64,000 nucleotides of DNA from Polyangiales bacterium (GCA_038231275.1 JBBRLQ010000017.1:32001-96000), one strand, 5' to 3'; counted from the first letter of the stretch, positions 1 through 10,230 are shown. Made by a program: numbers and translations. The notes: generated from the letters alone by a model not told the origin.

Positions 1-6
1 ACGCCG

Positions 7-3000
7 TCAGACCGGATCGCGGCGCTTCAAGAGAATGAGGAGCGCGAGCATCATGAAGAGGGTCATCCCGTAGAGGATCCCGAGCGGCACCGCCGGCTGA
101 TCCCACTCGATGAAGCCCCACGCGCCGGCGATGGTGTCGCTGGCCATTTGGGCCGTCGCGCAGTCGAAGTGTCCGCCCGCGACGAAGTCGGGCGGGCTCG
201 TGAGGGTCGGCTGGTGCAGATCGATGTTCCACGCCGGTTGTTGCGCGATCGCGCTTCGTTCCCAGGCGATCGACCCTTCGAAGCCCCAGCGCGCCGGCAT
301 CACGTACATGAGCGGCCGCAAGACCGGGTTCGTCGTCATCGGGACGATGAGGCCGCCCAAGACGACCTGCGGGATGAGCGCGATGGGCGTGAGCGCCATC
401 GCCGCCTCGGCGCTCGCCACCACCGTCGACAGCAAGAGGCCCAGCGCCGTCGCGTTCATCGACACCGCCACCATCGCCGCGAGCTCCATCAAGAACGCCA
501 CCGGCCCGCCCTCGAAGCCCAGCGTGAAGAACACGATCGACAGGAGCGTCGCGCATTGGATGAGGCACACCAGCGAGAGGAGCAGGTACTTGCTCATCAC
601 GTAGTTGAAGAGATTCAGGTTCACCATGCGCTCACGCAGGTAAATCGCGCGCTCGGTGACGATCTCGCGAGCGGCGTTGCTGGTGCCGAACCACACGCAG
701 CTGACGACGACGAAGAACATCGCGCCGGTGTGATCGGCGGTCGGCTTCATTTGGCTGAGGAGGTTCGACGTCGAGCCGGCGCTGGGATTTCGCGTCTGCA
801 AATCTTGGAGCGCGCCGAGGCACCAGAACGGCACCGCCTCCTTCTGGCCTCCGAAGACCGTCGCGAGCATGAGCCCGATGACCGGCGCCTGGAGGAACAT
901 GATCGCCGCGCCCGCGCGATCGCGAATCTTCACCTTCCAGTACCGCGAGAGCAGGAGGCCGAGCTGCGGCAAGAGCGCGACGCTGCCCCGCTTGGGCACG
1001 CCGCGGGCGGCCGGTTCGGTACCGACGGCCCGATTGCCCGAGAACATGCGCTGGAAGACGGCGTTGTTCGGTTGGAAGAACTCCGCGCGCCACTGCCTCG
1101 CCGCCTCGAGCCGCGCGGTGTTGCGCGAGACCGTCGGATCGGCGCGCTTCATCTCTTCGAGCACGGCGCGCTCGCGGAGGTTCAGCATGTCGAACATGTC
1201 GCGCGGGTTGTCGAGGTGCTTGATCGCCGTCGTCGCGAACTGGCGGTACGGGCTGTTCTCGCGCTCGAGGAGCGAGCCGAAGAAGCGGTACGCGCTCTCG
1301 TTGGCGGGGCCGAAATACGTGGGAATTCCGCCGTAGCCCATGATGAACGCGAGATTGAATTTCTCGAACTCGTCCTTCGCGGGCTGGTGGATGGTCATGA
1401 TGATCGTCTTGCCCGTCTTCTTCGTGAGATCGTGGAGCAAGTTGATCAGGGCAGTCGTGTCGTCGGCGGCGAGGCCGCTCGTGGGCTCGTCGAGGAAGAG
1501 GATGACCGGATCGGTGACGAGCTCGAGGGCGATGTTGACGCGCTTTCGCTGCCCGCCGGAAAGCACCTTCTTCTCCGGCTTGCCGATCTGGAGGTTCCTC
1601 ACCGCCTCGAGGCCGAGATCGCGCAGCGTCTGGTCGACGCGCTCGTCGATCTCTTTCTCCGTGTAGTCCGGCGGGAGGCGGAAGCGCGCCGAGTACTTCA
1701 CCGCCTCGAAGACGGTGAGCTCGGGGTGGACGATGTCGTCCTGCGGGACGTAGCCGATCGAGCCACGGAGCGCGTCGTAGATGAGGTAGAGGTCCTCGCC
1801 GTTGATGCGGACCTGGCCGCTCGTGGGCGGCAAATAGCCGTTCAGCGTGAGGAGCAGCGTGGTCTTGCCGGCGCCGCTCGGCCCCATCAGCGCGATCATG
1901 TCGCCCGGGAGCGCCTTGAACGACACGTGATCAAGCAGGACCTTCTGCTGCGCCTTGTTGTCGCGATCGGGGACCGAGAGGAAGAGATCCCACGCCTCGA
2001 TCTCATAGAGCGGCTTGCCGGCCCACGACACCTGGTCCTCGACGACGACGTTGACCTGCTGGCCCGCCACCTGGATGACGAGCGGCATCGGGCCGATGTA
2101 GATCTTCTCGCCGTTCGCGATCGCGACCTTCTGGCCGGGCGGGATGCGCTGGCCGCGGACGAACGTGCCGTTCGCGCTCTTCAGGTCCTCGAGGAAGAGC
2201 TGGCCGCCCTGGTTGATGATCTGCGCGTGGCGCGAGCTCGCCTGCGGGTGGGGGACGACGATCTTGTTGTCGGGCGTTCGGCCGATGGAGATGACGGCGG
2301 ACGCCATGTTCTCGAGGGAGAGCTCGCCGATGATCGTGCGGTGCTTGCGCGGGCTCCCGCCATCGGAGGCGTGCGCGGCGGCAGGAGCAGGCGCGGCGCC
2401 GGCAGGAGCGGGCGCGGCGGCGGGGGGGGCAGGCGGGCCAGGCGGGGCAGGAGGGGCAGGAGGGGCGCCGACCGATGCGGGCCCGGCAGAACCGGCGCCG
2501 CCTTGCTGCGCGATGGCCTGCGCGAGCTGCACGAGGACCGACACGGGAACGGGGACGGGGCCGAACGTGAGAAAGCCATTCGGGTCGAGCGGGACCGGCT
2601 GGTTGGCGGCGATGCGCTGACCGCCGACGTAGGTGCCGCTGGTCGATCCGTGATCGGTGACGACCATGCGATCGAGCATCACCGTGGCGTGGAGCGAGCT
2701 CACCGCCGCGTGCGCGATGACGAGCGACGCGCGCCCCGCCTCGCGGCCGACGATGATGTGGCCGCGAGGCGCCGGCGCCTGACCCGGCGCCATGAGCATC
2801 ATCGCGATGGCCGGATGCGCCAGTGGCACCGGCGTCTGCCCGACGACGAACTGCGTGCGAAAATCGAAGGCCACCGGCTGCCCGGGCGCTACGGGACCGC
2901 CGTTTGCGGTGGATGGGCCGGCGCCTCCGTCGATGAAGACGAGCAGTCCGTTCTGCTTCACGATGCGCGCGTGCTGGGGCGCGACGCCGGGCCCTTGCAA

Positions 3001-3063
3001 AAGGACGTCGCACCCGGGGGCGCTGCCGATTGAGATCTGCTCTTTGCCCAGGCCGGGGATCAT
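7..3063 (-). CDS. FHA-domain ABC transporter, fused ATPase/permease (Rv1747-like) with three FHA domains
   Basis: FHA-like repeats IGSAPG..VAPQHA (degenerate), VGREAG..VSSLHA..STSGT and IGRTPD..ASSRHA..SANGT. Walker A GPSGAGKT, signature LSGGQ, Walker B LFLDEPT, H-loop TIHQP. C-terminal ABC-2 type hydrophobic helices. Confidence 0.93.
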   Translation of the reverse strand: MIPGLGKEQISIGSAPGCDVLLQGPGVAPQHARIVKQNGLLVFIDGGAGPSTANGGPVAPGQPVAFDFRTQFVVGQTPVPLAHPAIAMMLMAPGQAPAPRGHIIVGREAGRASLVIAHAAVSSLHATVMLDRMVVTDHGSTSGTYVGGQRIAANQPVPLDPNGFLTFGPVPVPVSVLVQLAQAIAQQGGAGSAGPASVGAPPAPPAPPGPPAPPAAAPAPAGAAPAPAAAHASDGGSPRKHRTIIGELSLENMASAVISIGRTPDNKIVVPHPQASSRHAQIINQGGQLFLEDLKSANGTFVRGQRIPPGQKVAIANGEKIYIGPMPLVIQVAGQQVNVVVEDQVSWAGKPLYEIEAWDLFLSVPDRDNKAQQKVLLDHVSFKALPGDMIALMGPSGAGKTTLLLTLNGYLPPTSGQVRINGEDLYLIYDALRGSIGYVPQDDIVHPELTVFEAVKYSARFRLPPDYTEKEIDERVDQTLRDLGLEAVRNLQIGKPEKKVLSGGQRKRVNIALELVTDPVILFLDEPTSGLAADDTTALINLLHDLTKKTGKTIIMTIHQPAKDEFEKFNLAFIMGYGGIPTYFGPANESAYRFFGSLLERENSPYRQFATTAIKHLDNPRDMFDMLNLRERAVLEEMKRADPTVSRNTARLEAARQWRAEFFQPNNAVFQRMFSGNRAVGTEPAARGVPKRGSVALLPQLGLLLSRYWKVKIRDRAGAAIMFLQAPVIGLMLATVFGGQKEAVPFWCLGALQDLQTRNPSAGSTSNLLSQMKPTADHTGAMFFVVVSCVWFGTSNAAREIVTERAIYLRERMVNLNLFNYVMSKYLLLSLVCLIQCATLLSIVFFTLGFEGGPVAFLMELAAMVAVSMNATALGLLLSTVVASAEAAMALTPIALIPQVVLGGLIVPMTTNPVLRPLMYVMPARWGFEGSIAWERSAIAQQPAWNIDLHQPTLTSPPDFVAGGHFDCATAQMASDTIAGAWGFIEWDQPAVPLGILYGMTLFMMLALLILLKRRDPV

Positions 3064-3146
3064 CGGGTCTGCACTCTAACAGAGGTCGCGAGATTCCAAA
3101 CCCGCTTGATTTCGCAGAGATGAGCGCGCCTGCGCCGACGCTCCCA

Positions 3147-4727
3147 TCACTGCGTCGAGATCCCCTCACGGCGGCCACGGAGGACGAACTTCTGAACCTT
3201 GCCGGTCGCCGTCTTCGGCAGCTCTGCGACGAAATGGAACGCCTGAGGGCACTTGAAGTGGGCGAGGCGCTTGCGCACGAAATCGCGGAGCGCGGCGGCG
3301 GTCGGCGGAGGCACCGCGCTCCCGCGAAGGACCACGAACGCGTGCGGGGCCTCGCCCCATTTCTCGTCAGGCATGCCCACGACCGCGACCTCGAGGATCG
3401 ACGCGTGCTGGAGGAGCACGCCCTCGACCTCGACCGACGAGATGTTCTCGCCGCCGCTGATGATCACGTCCTTGATCCGATCGCGGACCTCGACGTAGTG
3501 GTCCGGGTGCACGACCGCGGCGTCGCCGGAGTGGAAGTAGCCGCCACGGAGCGCCGCCGCCGTCGCCTCGGCGTCCTCGTAGTAGCCCTTCATGACGACG
3601 TTGCCGCGGACGACGATCTCGCCGCGCGTCTCGCCGTCGTGCGGGACCTCCACGCCGCTCTCGTCGACGACGAGCAGCTCGCCCGACGTGATGAGCTCGA
3701 CGCCTTGGCGTGCCTTGAGCACCGAGCGCTCCTCCGGCGAGAGGCGCGCGTGCTCGGGGAGCACCTCGCAGATCGTGATGAACGGGGCGGTCTCCGTGAG
3801 GCCGTAGACGTGGAGGATGTCCCACCCGAGCTCCCCCTCGACGCGCGCGATCGTCGCGGCGGCGGGCGGCGCACCGGCGGTGAGCACGCGAATTCCGCGC
3901 GGCGCGCGACGACGCAGCTCGTCGGGTGCGCTCGCGATCGCGATGAGCACCGTCGGCGCCGCGCAGAGCATCGTGATCGACTCCTTCTCGAGCTCGGCGA
4001 AGATGCGCGCGGGCTCGACCCGGCGGAGGCACACGTGCGTGCCGCCTACGGCGGTCACGACCCACGTGAACGTCCAGCCGTTCGCGTGGAACATCGGGAG
4101 CGTCCACAGGTACCGATCGGCGGCCGTCATGTGGACGTGCACCAGCACGCCGATCGCGTTCAGGTACGCGTTGCGGTGCGTGATCATCACGCCCTTCGGC
4201 CGCGCGGTCGTCCCGCTCGTGTAGTTGATCGTGAGGAGATCGGTCTCCTCGATCGCGGGGCGAACGACGCTCGCGGCCGAGGATGCGGTGAGCTCCGCCT
4301 CGTAGTCGAGCCACCCGTCGCGCTTCCCTTCGAGCGCGACGAAATGCGCGACGCCAGGGATCCGATCGCGGATGCCGTCGATCAGTTCGAGGTACTCTGG
4401 CGCGGCGCAGACGATCTTCGCGCCGCTATGCCCGATGATGTACGCGAAGTCGTCGGCGGTGAGGCGGTAGTTGATCGGCACGACCACGCCGCCGATCTGC
4501 GGCACGGCGTAGAACGACGCGAGCTGCGCGTGCGTGTTCGGCGCGATGTACGCGACGCGATCGCCTTTCCGGACGCCCAGCCGCTGGAGCGCCGAGGACC
4601 ACCGATCGCAGCGATCGAAGAACTGCTCATACGTGAGACGGACCTCGCCATCGACGACCGCCTCCCGCGGGCCGTGCAAGCGGCGCGTGCGGCGCATGAA
4701 CTCGAGCGGCGTCAACGCGATCTCCAT
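3147..4727 (-). CDS. Acyl-CoA synthetase (long/medium-chain fatty-acid--CoA ligase)
   Basis: AMP-binding motif YTSGTTARPKG, plus YGLTET, FHSGD and PKTATGKVQK. Start reset to MEIALTPLEF (ATG 4727), preceded by GGAGGAA. Confidence 0.92.
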   Translation of the reverse strand: MEIALTPLEFMRRTRRLHGPREAVVDGEVRLTYEQFFDRCDRWSSALQRLGVRKGDRVAYIAPNTHAQLASFYAVPQIGGVVVPINYRLTADDFAYIIGHSGAKIVCAAPEYLELIDGIRDRIPGVAHFVALEGKRDGWLDYEAELTASSAASVVRPAIEETDLLTINYTSGTTARPKGVMITHRNAYLNAIGVLVHVHMTAADRYLWTLPMFHANGWTFTWVVTAVGGTHVCLRRVEPARIFAELEKESITMLCAAPTVLIAIASAPDELRRRAPRGIRVLTAGAPPAAATIARVEGELGWDILHVYGLTETAPFITICEVLPEHARLSPEERSVLKARQGVELITSGELLVVDESGVEVPHDGETRGEIVVRGNVVMKGYYEDAEATAAALRGGYFHSGDAAVVHPDHYVEVRDRIKDVIISGGENISSVEVEGVLLQHASILEVAVVGMPDEKWGEAPHAFVVLRGSAVPPPTAAALRDFVRKRLAHFKCPQAFHFVAELPKTATGKVQKFVLRGRREGISTQ

Positions 4728-4799
4728 TGTTCCTCCCGTGATTCCGCAGATATGCACCCTACTTTGGGGGGCAGGCATTTGTAAGCTACACTCGATCGG

Positions 4800-5510
4800 A
4801 TGCTCGCAGCGTCGCCGTTTCGAGCCATCGCGGGCTCGCTGATCGTGTCGCTGTTCTTCACGCCGCGCGTGGAGACGGAGCAGCCGCGCGACCGTGCGTT
4901 CGCCTCGCATACGCTGGCGCCGGAGGAGAAAGAGGCGCGGGATCCGCTGGGGCCGGTGCTGCCGTGGGCCGCCGTGCTCCCCGAGGTGGCGGTCGTGTGT
5001 GCGAACACGAACGCCGAGGCGAACGTCCTCCTCTATCGCGTCGACGGCGTCGTCGACGACACCGCGCTCGACACCTTCATGCAGACGGTCGCCGAGAACG
5101 ACGACGTCCGCACGATCAACATCCGCACCGTGCAGCTCGCGTTCAAGGCGGCGTACCACTTCAAGTCGCCGAAGATGTTCGTCGTCTCGTCGTGGCGGCG
5201 CGGGCACGGACCACACGCCACCGGCGACGCGCTCGATTTTCGCCTCCAGGGCGTCGGCGCCGCGCGGCTCGCCGCGTACCTGCGTGGGCTGCCGCGCGCG
5301 GGCGTCGGGATCTACACGCACCCGCAGACGCAGTACGTCCACCTCGACGCGCGCGATCAGAGCTTCCACTGGCTCGACGCATCACCGCCCGGAAGAACGT
5401 GGCGCGAGGCGCCGCTCGGCGACAAGAAGCGCGACGAGCGCGACGCGTCTTGGACCGAGGCGACGGACCTTCCGACCGATCCCCCGGCCAAGGATCTGCC
5501 CAAAAAATAA
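4800..5510 (+). CDS. DUF882/YcbK-like peptidase M15 family protein, secreted
   Basis: H-x6-D (HATGDALD) followed by GVGIY and VHLD zinc ligands; N-terminal hydrophobic segment. Confidence 0.75.
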   Translation: MLAASPFRAIAGSLIVSLFFTPRVETEQPRDRAFASHTLAPEEKEARDPLGPVLPWAAVLPEVAVVCANTNAEANVLLYRVDGVVDDTALDTFMQTVAENDDVRTINIRTVQLAFKAAYHFKSPKMFVVSSWRRGHGPHATGDALDFRLQGVGAARLAAYLRGLPRAGVGIYTHPQTQYVHLDARDQSFHWLDASPPGRTWREAPLGDKKRDERDASWTEATDLPTDPPAKDLPKK

Positions 5511-5518
5511 GCGTTCCG

Positions 5519-6682
5519 TCAGCGCCGCGGGCGCGCAGACGCATCCGGCAAGCGAAGCGGCTCGAGCGCCGCGTCGACTCCATCGGAAGACGCGGGCGCG
5601 ATCGCGGAGGGCATCGTGGTCGGGTCCATCGGGTGGAGCTCCACCTCGGGATGCATCACCTTGGGCACCGGGAGCGGCTCGACCAACGGCGGAACGGCGC
5701 GATGCTTTCCCCCGCGCTCCATGTGCGTGACGATGGCGACGATCGCGACGGCCGCGCCTACGATCGCGACGACGACCGCGATGATCATCACGACGCTGCG
5801 GCGCCGCGCGCCCGGCGCGGTCGGCTCCGGCACCGCGCGCGCGACCGCCGGGACTTGCACGATCGTGCCGGTCGTCGCGGGTTCGGTCTCCACGACCGTG
5901 GGGGCTAGCGGCTCACGCTTCGCGCGCGTGCCCTCCTTGGTGCGGAGGACCGCGGCGGTGATGTTGTCATGCCCGCCGCGCGCGTTCGCGAGCTCGACGA
6001 GCCGGGCCGCCGCATCACGCACGGGCGCGTCGCCGACCACCGCCATGATGTCGCCAGGTGAAACCAGATCGCTCAGGCCGTCCGAGCAGAGGACGAGCAC
6101 GTCGCCCGCCACGAACAGGACCGGCTGCGGCTTGACCTCGACGTCCACGTCTCCGCCGATGCCGAGCGCGCGCAGGATCTTGTTCGCCTCCGGATGGCGC
6201 GCGGCCTCGGCCGGCGAGAGCTTTCCGTCGTCGACGAGGCGCTGCACCATCGAGTGATCTTTGGTCAGCTGGAAGACTTGGCCGGCATGAACGAGGTACG
6301 CGCGGCTGTCGCCGACGTGCGCGACGTCGATCCCGTCCTCGTGGACGACCGCGGCGACGACCGTGCTACCGGGTCGGCCGCCCGCCCCGCCCTCCTCGAG
6401 CGGCGTCGTCATCGTGAAGACGCGCCGGTTAGCTTCTCGAATGGACGCGGCCAGCACGTCGCGGGCAGGCGTGCCGTCGGCGGCGCGCGCGAACGCCTCC
6501 TTCATCGTGTGGATGGCCAGGTGGCTCGCCTCGCGACCTCCTGCGTGCCCGCCCATCCCGTCGCACACGACCACGAGGCGTCCGAAACGCGTCTCCTCCT
6601 CGAGGCATGCGTCCTCGTTGACCTGCTTCTCCGGATCTCGGCCGGGATCGCTCTCGAGCGCGACTTCTAGAGCGACCGGCAT
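5519..6682 (-). CDS. PP2C-type Ser/Thr protein phosphatase with C-terminal TM helix
   Basis: Motifs NED, VCDGMGGHAGG, HVGDSRAY, LTKDHS, LCSDGL and GGHDNIT. ATG 6682 overlaps the upstream stop (TGATG). Confidence 0.93.
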   Translation of the reverse strand: MPVALEVALESDPGRDPEKQVNEDACLEEETRFGRLVVVCDGMGGHAGGREASHLAIHTMKEAFARAADGTPARDVLAASIREANRRVFTMTTPLEEGGAGGRPGSTVVAAVVHEDGIDVAHVGDSRAYLVHAGQVFQLTKDHSMVQRLVDDGKLSPAEAARHPEANKILRALGIGGDVDVEVKPQPVLFVAGDVLVLCSDGLSDLVSPGDIMAVVGDAPVRDAAARLVELANARGGHDNITAAVLRTKEGTRAKREPLAPTVVETEPATTGTIVQVPAVARAVPEPTAPGARRRSVVMIIAVVVAIVGAAVAIVAIVTHMERGGKHRAVPPLVEPLPVPKVMHPEVELHPMDPTTMPSAIAPASSDGVDAALEPLRLPDASARPRR

Positions 6683-9147
6683 CACGTGTCCACGCGCACG
6701 CTGAATTCGATCGGGCCGAAGCGGAGGTGCGAGCCCGCGACGATCGGCACCCACTGCCCCGCGGCGATCCGCGTGTTGTCGACCCACGTGCCGTTGTTGC
6801 TGCCCTCGTCCTTCGCCCAGAGGCGCGCGGCCTCGAACTTGAGCGTGGCGTGCACACCGCTGACGCGCGGCTCGTTGATGAACACGGGGCACTGCGACGC
6901 GTCGCGGCCCACCTTGATCTCGGCACCTGGCACGATCGAAAATTGTCCCGGCGCGCCTACGATGGTCGCGCTTCCAGCGACGTTCCCGTAGGGACTCTGC
7001 GGCGGCTGGAGAGGCGGCGCCTCCATCGCACCCGTCAGCGGATACGCCGCAGCGGCTTCACCAAGGCCCCCGCTCGGGGCGCCCGTGATGCTCGCAGGCA
7101 GAGGCTGACCGCACGAAAAACAAACCGACGATTGGCCTCGTGTCGCCATCGTCGGCATCTGGCAATTCGGGCATTTCACCTGAATGACCTGCGGCGCGCC
7201 GCCACCCCCACCGCTGCCGGTGATGGGGGTACCCACGGGCTGCGCGCCGAACACCGGCGCAGGCGGCCCTTGCGCGGCGGCCATCGGCGACCCCGTGGGC
7301 GCGCTGGCGTTCGCGCCGCCCATCATGTTTCCCGGAGGACCGCCGTACCCTCCACCACCCGGATACGGAGGACCGCCCGCGACGATCGGCGCCGGAGGAG
7401 GCCCGCCCCTCCCCTTCTTTCCGCCGCCGCCGCCACCACCGCCGCCGCGCATCAGCACGAGGACGAGGAGCACGATGACGACCACGAGACCGACGACGCC
7501 GAGGATGAAGACGAGGTTGAAGGGCTTCTTTTGCGCCTTCAGCGTGAGCACGCTCTTCTCGTCGTGCCCGCTCGCGCGGTGCGCTTTGTTGTCGTAGATG
7601 ACGACGCGCGCGACCGCGTTGTCGCCGTTGCCTTCGAGGACCTTCTCGTCGTCGGGCACGTCGAAGACGGCGAAGGTGTCGTTCGCGTCCTGCGACTGGC
7701 CGCGCATGCCCTGCTGAATGAGCTGCTGCATCGCCTTCTTGGCGAGCTCGGGATCTTGCGAGTTGGCCTGCGGGCTCGGCTTGGTGCCGGCGGGGACGAA
7801 GTACGCCTCCGCGCGACCCTTGTCACCGCCCCAGCAGAAGTCGCCGTACACGCGGATCTTGCCGCCTGGGTACACCGGCGTCGCCTCGGCCTCCGCCTTC
7901 GTGCGCGCCAGGTTCACGTCGAGCGGCCACTGCGTCGGGTCGATGCCGATCGGCACTTCTTTGAACGTTCCGTCGGGCGCGATTTGCGGCTTCGTGTTGA
8001 CGAAGATGAGGTTGAACGTCTGCTCGAGCGTGGGGTTCAGGCACGACACGCGCCATTTGACGATCCACATCTCGTTGAAGCGCTTCTTGACGATCGTGAT
8101 GATCGCCTTGCCCTTCGCGTCGCCCTGTCCGGGCCGCACGATGTCGTAAAATCCGCCGATCTCCGTGTTGGCGAGCGCCTGCATGAACTGGGCGTCGTTG
8201 TTCCGGTAGATGTCGTTGACGAGGCCGGTCGACGTCGGGAACCACACGCTGATGACCGGCAGCGGTGTCTTGGGGAGCGAGGTGTTGTCCTCGGGGAAGC
8301 GCCCCTTGTTCAAGTACTGGTGAAAGACCTCCGCGCTCGGCGACGCGCTCGCGGCGTCTCCGCGACCGGCGCCGTTGGAGAGGACGACCATCGCCTGGTG
8401 GAGCGGGATGTTCTGCGGCCCGGTGTTGTTCCCGAGGCTGCCGAACGCGCTCTTCGTCATCTCCTTGATCTCGGTGAAGAGCGGGCGGTTGCTCCCGTGC
8501 GACGGCGAGTTGGTCGGATGATCCTGGAGGACTTTGACGATGTCGTTTCGCTGCGCGAACGTCTTCCACTTCGAGTCGGCGACGAACACGTTCGGCCGAT
8601 CGTCGAAGATGATGAGATCCATGATGTCGTTCGGGCCCATCGCGGCGATGAACTCGTGCGCGACCTGCTGCGCCTCGCGGTAGCGGTTGCCCATGCCGCT
8701 CGATCCGTCGACGGCGACGAGCCACGCGGTGCCGACGTTCGGATCTTTGGACTGGCCCCACAGCTCCTTCGAGACGAACTTGGCCGCCGTGTCCTCGCCA
8801 GCGACCTTCACGAGCAGCTTGGCGTTCTCGGCGGGGAGCGGGAACGGGCTGTACAGGTTGCCCGGCTTCTCCATCTGCGAGCTCACGCAGTCGAGCATCG
8901 GATCGCCGCCCGGCACGTTCGCGCACGCGCCGAGCACGTCGCTCATCGTGTTGAACTGCACGACCTCGATGACCGTCGTGAGCTCCGGTTGCCCGCTCGA
9001 GAGGCCGGCGCGCGGATCGATGCGGAGCACATGCGCCTCGGGGGCGGCCGCGGCGAGGCGCGGCATGGACACCACCGTCGCCACCGCCAGAAGCAGGACG
9101 CACGCCTTGAGGGCGAGCATCCCCTTCGAGAGGATTCTTTCTACCAT
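6682..9147 (-). CDS. Membrane protein: signal peptide, VWA-like ectodomain, TM helix, Gly/Pro linker, Zn ribbon, C-terminal FHA
   Basis: VAVDGSSGM (MIDAS-like) and VVLSNG. TM LVFILGVVGLVVVIVLLVLVLM. CPNC..CFSC. FHA motifs VGRD..VSGVHA..SNNGT. Confidence 0.8.
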   Translation of the reverse strand: MVERILSKGMLALKACVLLLAVATVVSMPRLAAAAPEAHVLRIDPRAGLSSGQPELTTVIEVVQFNTMSDVLGACANVPGGDPMLDCVSSQMEKPGNLYSPFPLPAENAKLLVKVAGEDTAAKFVSKELWGQSKDPNVGTAWLVAVDGSSGMGNRYREAQQVAHEFIAAMGPNDIMDLIIFDDRPNVFVADSKWKTFAQRNDIVKVLQDHPTNSPSHGSNRPLFTEIKEMTKSAFGSLGNNTGPQNIPLHQAMVVLSNGAGRGDAASASPSAEVFHQYLNKGRFPEDNTSLPKTPLPVISVWFPTSTGLVNDIYRNNDAQFMQALANTEIGGFYDIVRPGQGDAKGKAIITIVKKRFNEMWIVKWRVSCLNPTLEQTFNLIFVNTKPQIAPDGTFKEVPIGIDPTQWPLDVNLARTKAEAEATPVYPGGKIRVYGDFCWGGDKGRAEAYFVPAGTKPSPQANSQDPELAKKAMQQLIQQGMRGQSQDANDTFAVFDVPDDEKVLEGNGDNAVARVVIYDNKAHRASGHDEKSVLTLKAQKKPFNLVFILGVVGLVVVIVLLVLVLMRGGGGGGGGGKKGRGGPPPAPIVAGGPPYPGGGGYGGPPGNMMGGANASAPTGSPMAAAQGPPAPVFGAQPVGTPITGSGGGGGAPQVIQVKCPNCQMPTMATRGQSSVCFSCGQPLPASITGAPSGGLGEAAAAYPLTGAMEAPPLQPPQSPYGNVAGSATIVGAPGQFSIVPGAEIKVGRDASQCPVFINEPRVSGVHATLKFEAARLWAKDEGSNNGTWVDNTRIAAGQWVPIVAGSHLRFGPIEFSVRVDT

Positions 9148-9164
9148 TGGGGTTTCGCCCTCGC

Positions 9165-10112
9165 TCAGACTCGACCGATGAGCTTCACGATCGTGGAGAA
9201 TCCGCCGAACCGTACGCGGTCGCCGTCGCGGAGCTCACGGCGGCCGTTGAAGCCGAGGTGCTCCTCGTTCACGTAGGTGCCGTTCGTGGAGCCGGTGTCC
9301 TCGACCGAGACGCTACCGGTCGTGCCGTCGACGACGATCATCGCGTGGCGCGAGGAGATCGTCGCATCGGCGAGCGGGATGTCGACCTGATCGCCCGAGC
9401 TCGAACGACCGATGGTGACGCGGCCGCCGTTGAGCGGCCAGAAGTCCCCCTTCGTGTTCGCTTGGTAGGTGACGAGGAACCCGCGGAGGGCGTTCGCTGG
9501 CAGGACCATCGGCGCGGCGGCGGCCACGGGGGCGGCGACCGGCGCGGCGGCGGCAGGCGCGGGATCGAACGCCGGCGCGGGCGCTGCGCCGCCGAAGCCA
9601 CCGCCCGCCGGACCGTACATGTTCGGCGGAGGCTGCGGCGGCGGGAAGCCACCTTGCGCTTGGCCCGGAGGCGAGTAGGGCGCGGCGGCCGGCTGCGCGC
9701 CGTAGCCTTGCTGCGCCGGCGGCGCATACTGCTGCGGAGCTTGAGGCGGAGGCGCGTATTGCCCGCCGCCGTACCCGCCCTGCTGCGGTTGCTGTTGCGG
9801 TTGGGGCGCGCCGTACGCGTCGTTCGGAAACTGCATCGCGTCGAGGGCGATCGGGTGCCCCTGCGCGCAGTAGCTCTGGCCGGCCGCGATGTCGTGACCC
9901 ATCTGGCAGCGCGAAGGCGCGGCGTAGGGAGGCTGTCCTCCTCCACCGCCGCCGTATCCGCCGCCGCCGTACGGACCCGCTGACGCTTGCGGCGCACCGC
10001 CGTACGCCGCCGGTTGCGCGCTCGATCCGCGCGCGACGACGGGCGTCCCACACGTGTTGCAGAACTTGTCCGAGGGCTTGGCTACGGTGCCGCACTGGGG
10101 GCAGGCGCTCAT
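9165..10112 (-). CDS. Zinc-ribbon, low-complexity linker and FHA domain protein
   Basis: CPQC..CNTC, then CQMGH..CAQGH, a Q/P/G/Y-rich linker, and FHA motifs IGRS..ISSRHA..STNGT. Start set at MSACPQ (ATG 10112). Confidence 0.87.
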   Translation of the reverse strand: MSACPQCGTVAKPSDKFCNTCGTPVVARGSSAQPAAYGGAPQASAGPYGGGGYGGGGGGQPPYAAPSRCQMGHDIAAGQSYCAQGHPIALDAMQFPNDAYGAPQPQQQPQQGGYGGGQYAPPPQAPQQYAPPAQQGYGAQPAAAPYSPPGQAQGGFPPPQPPPNMYGPAGGGFGGAAPAPAFDPAPAAAAPVAAPVAAAAPMVLPANALRGFLVTYQANTKGDFWPLNGGRVTIGRSSSGDQVDIPLADATISSRHAMIVVDGTTGSVSVEDTGSTNGTYVNEEHLGFNGRRELRDGDRVRFGGFSTIVKLIGRV

Positions 10113-10230
10113 CCTAAAGTTGCCTTCCACGCGCCGGCTGCTTGGCAAGTGAGCGGCGCGCGGTGAGAAGCATAGCGGAAGCCGGCGACAAAAGGGAAAA
10201 GGTAGGTGGGTTTTGGTGAGGGGTAGGCCC

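Noticed and set aside
148..9276. Long plus-strand ORFs (148-3033, 3030-4784, 6727-9276) and many similar ones across the window
   Set aside because: These are antisense or alternate-frame shadows of clear genes. They are R/A/G/D/V-rich with no motifs, as expected from stop-codon scarcity at high GC.
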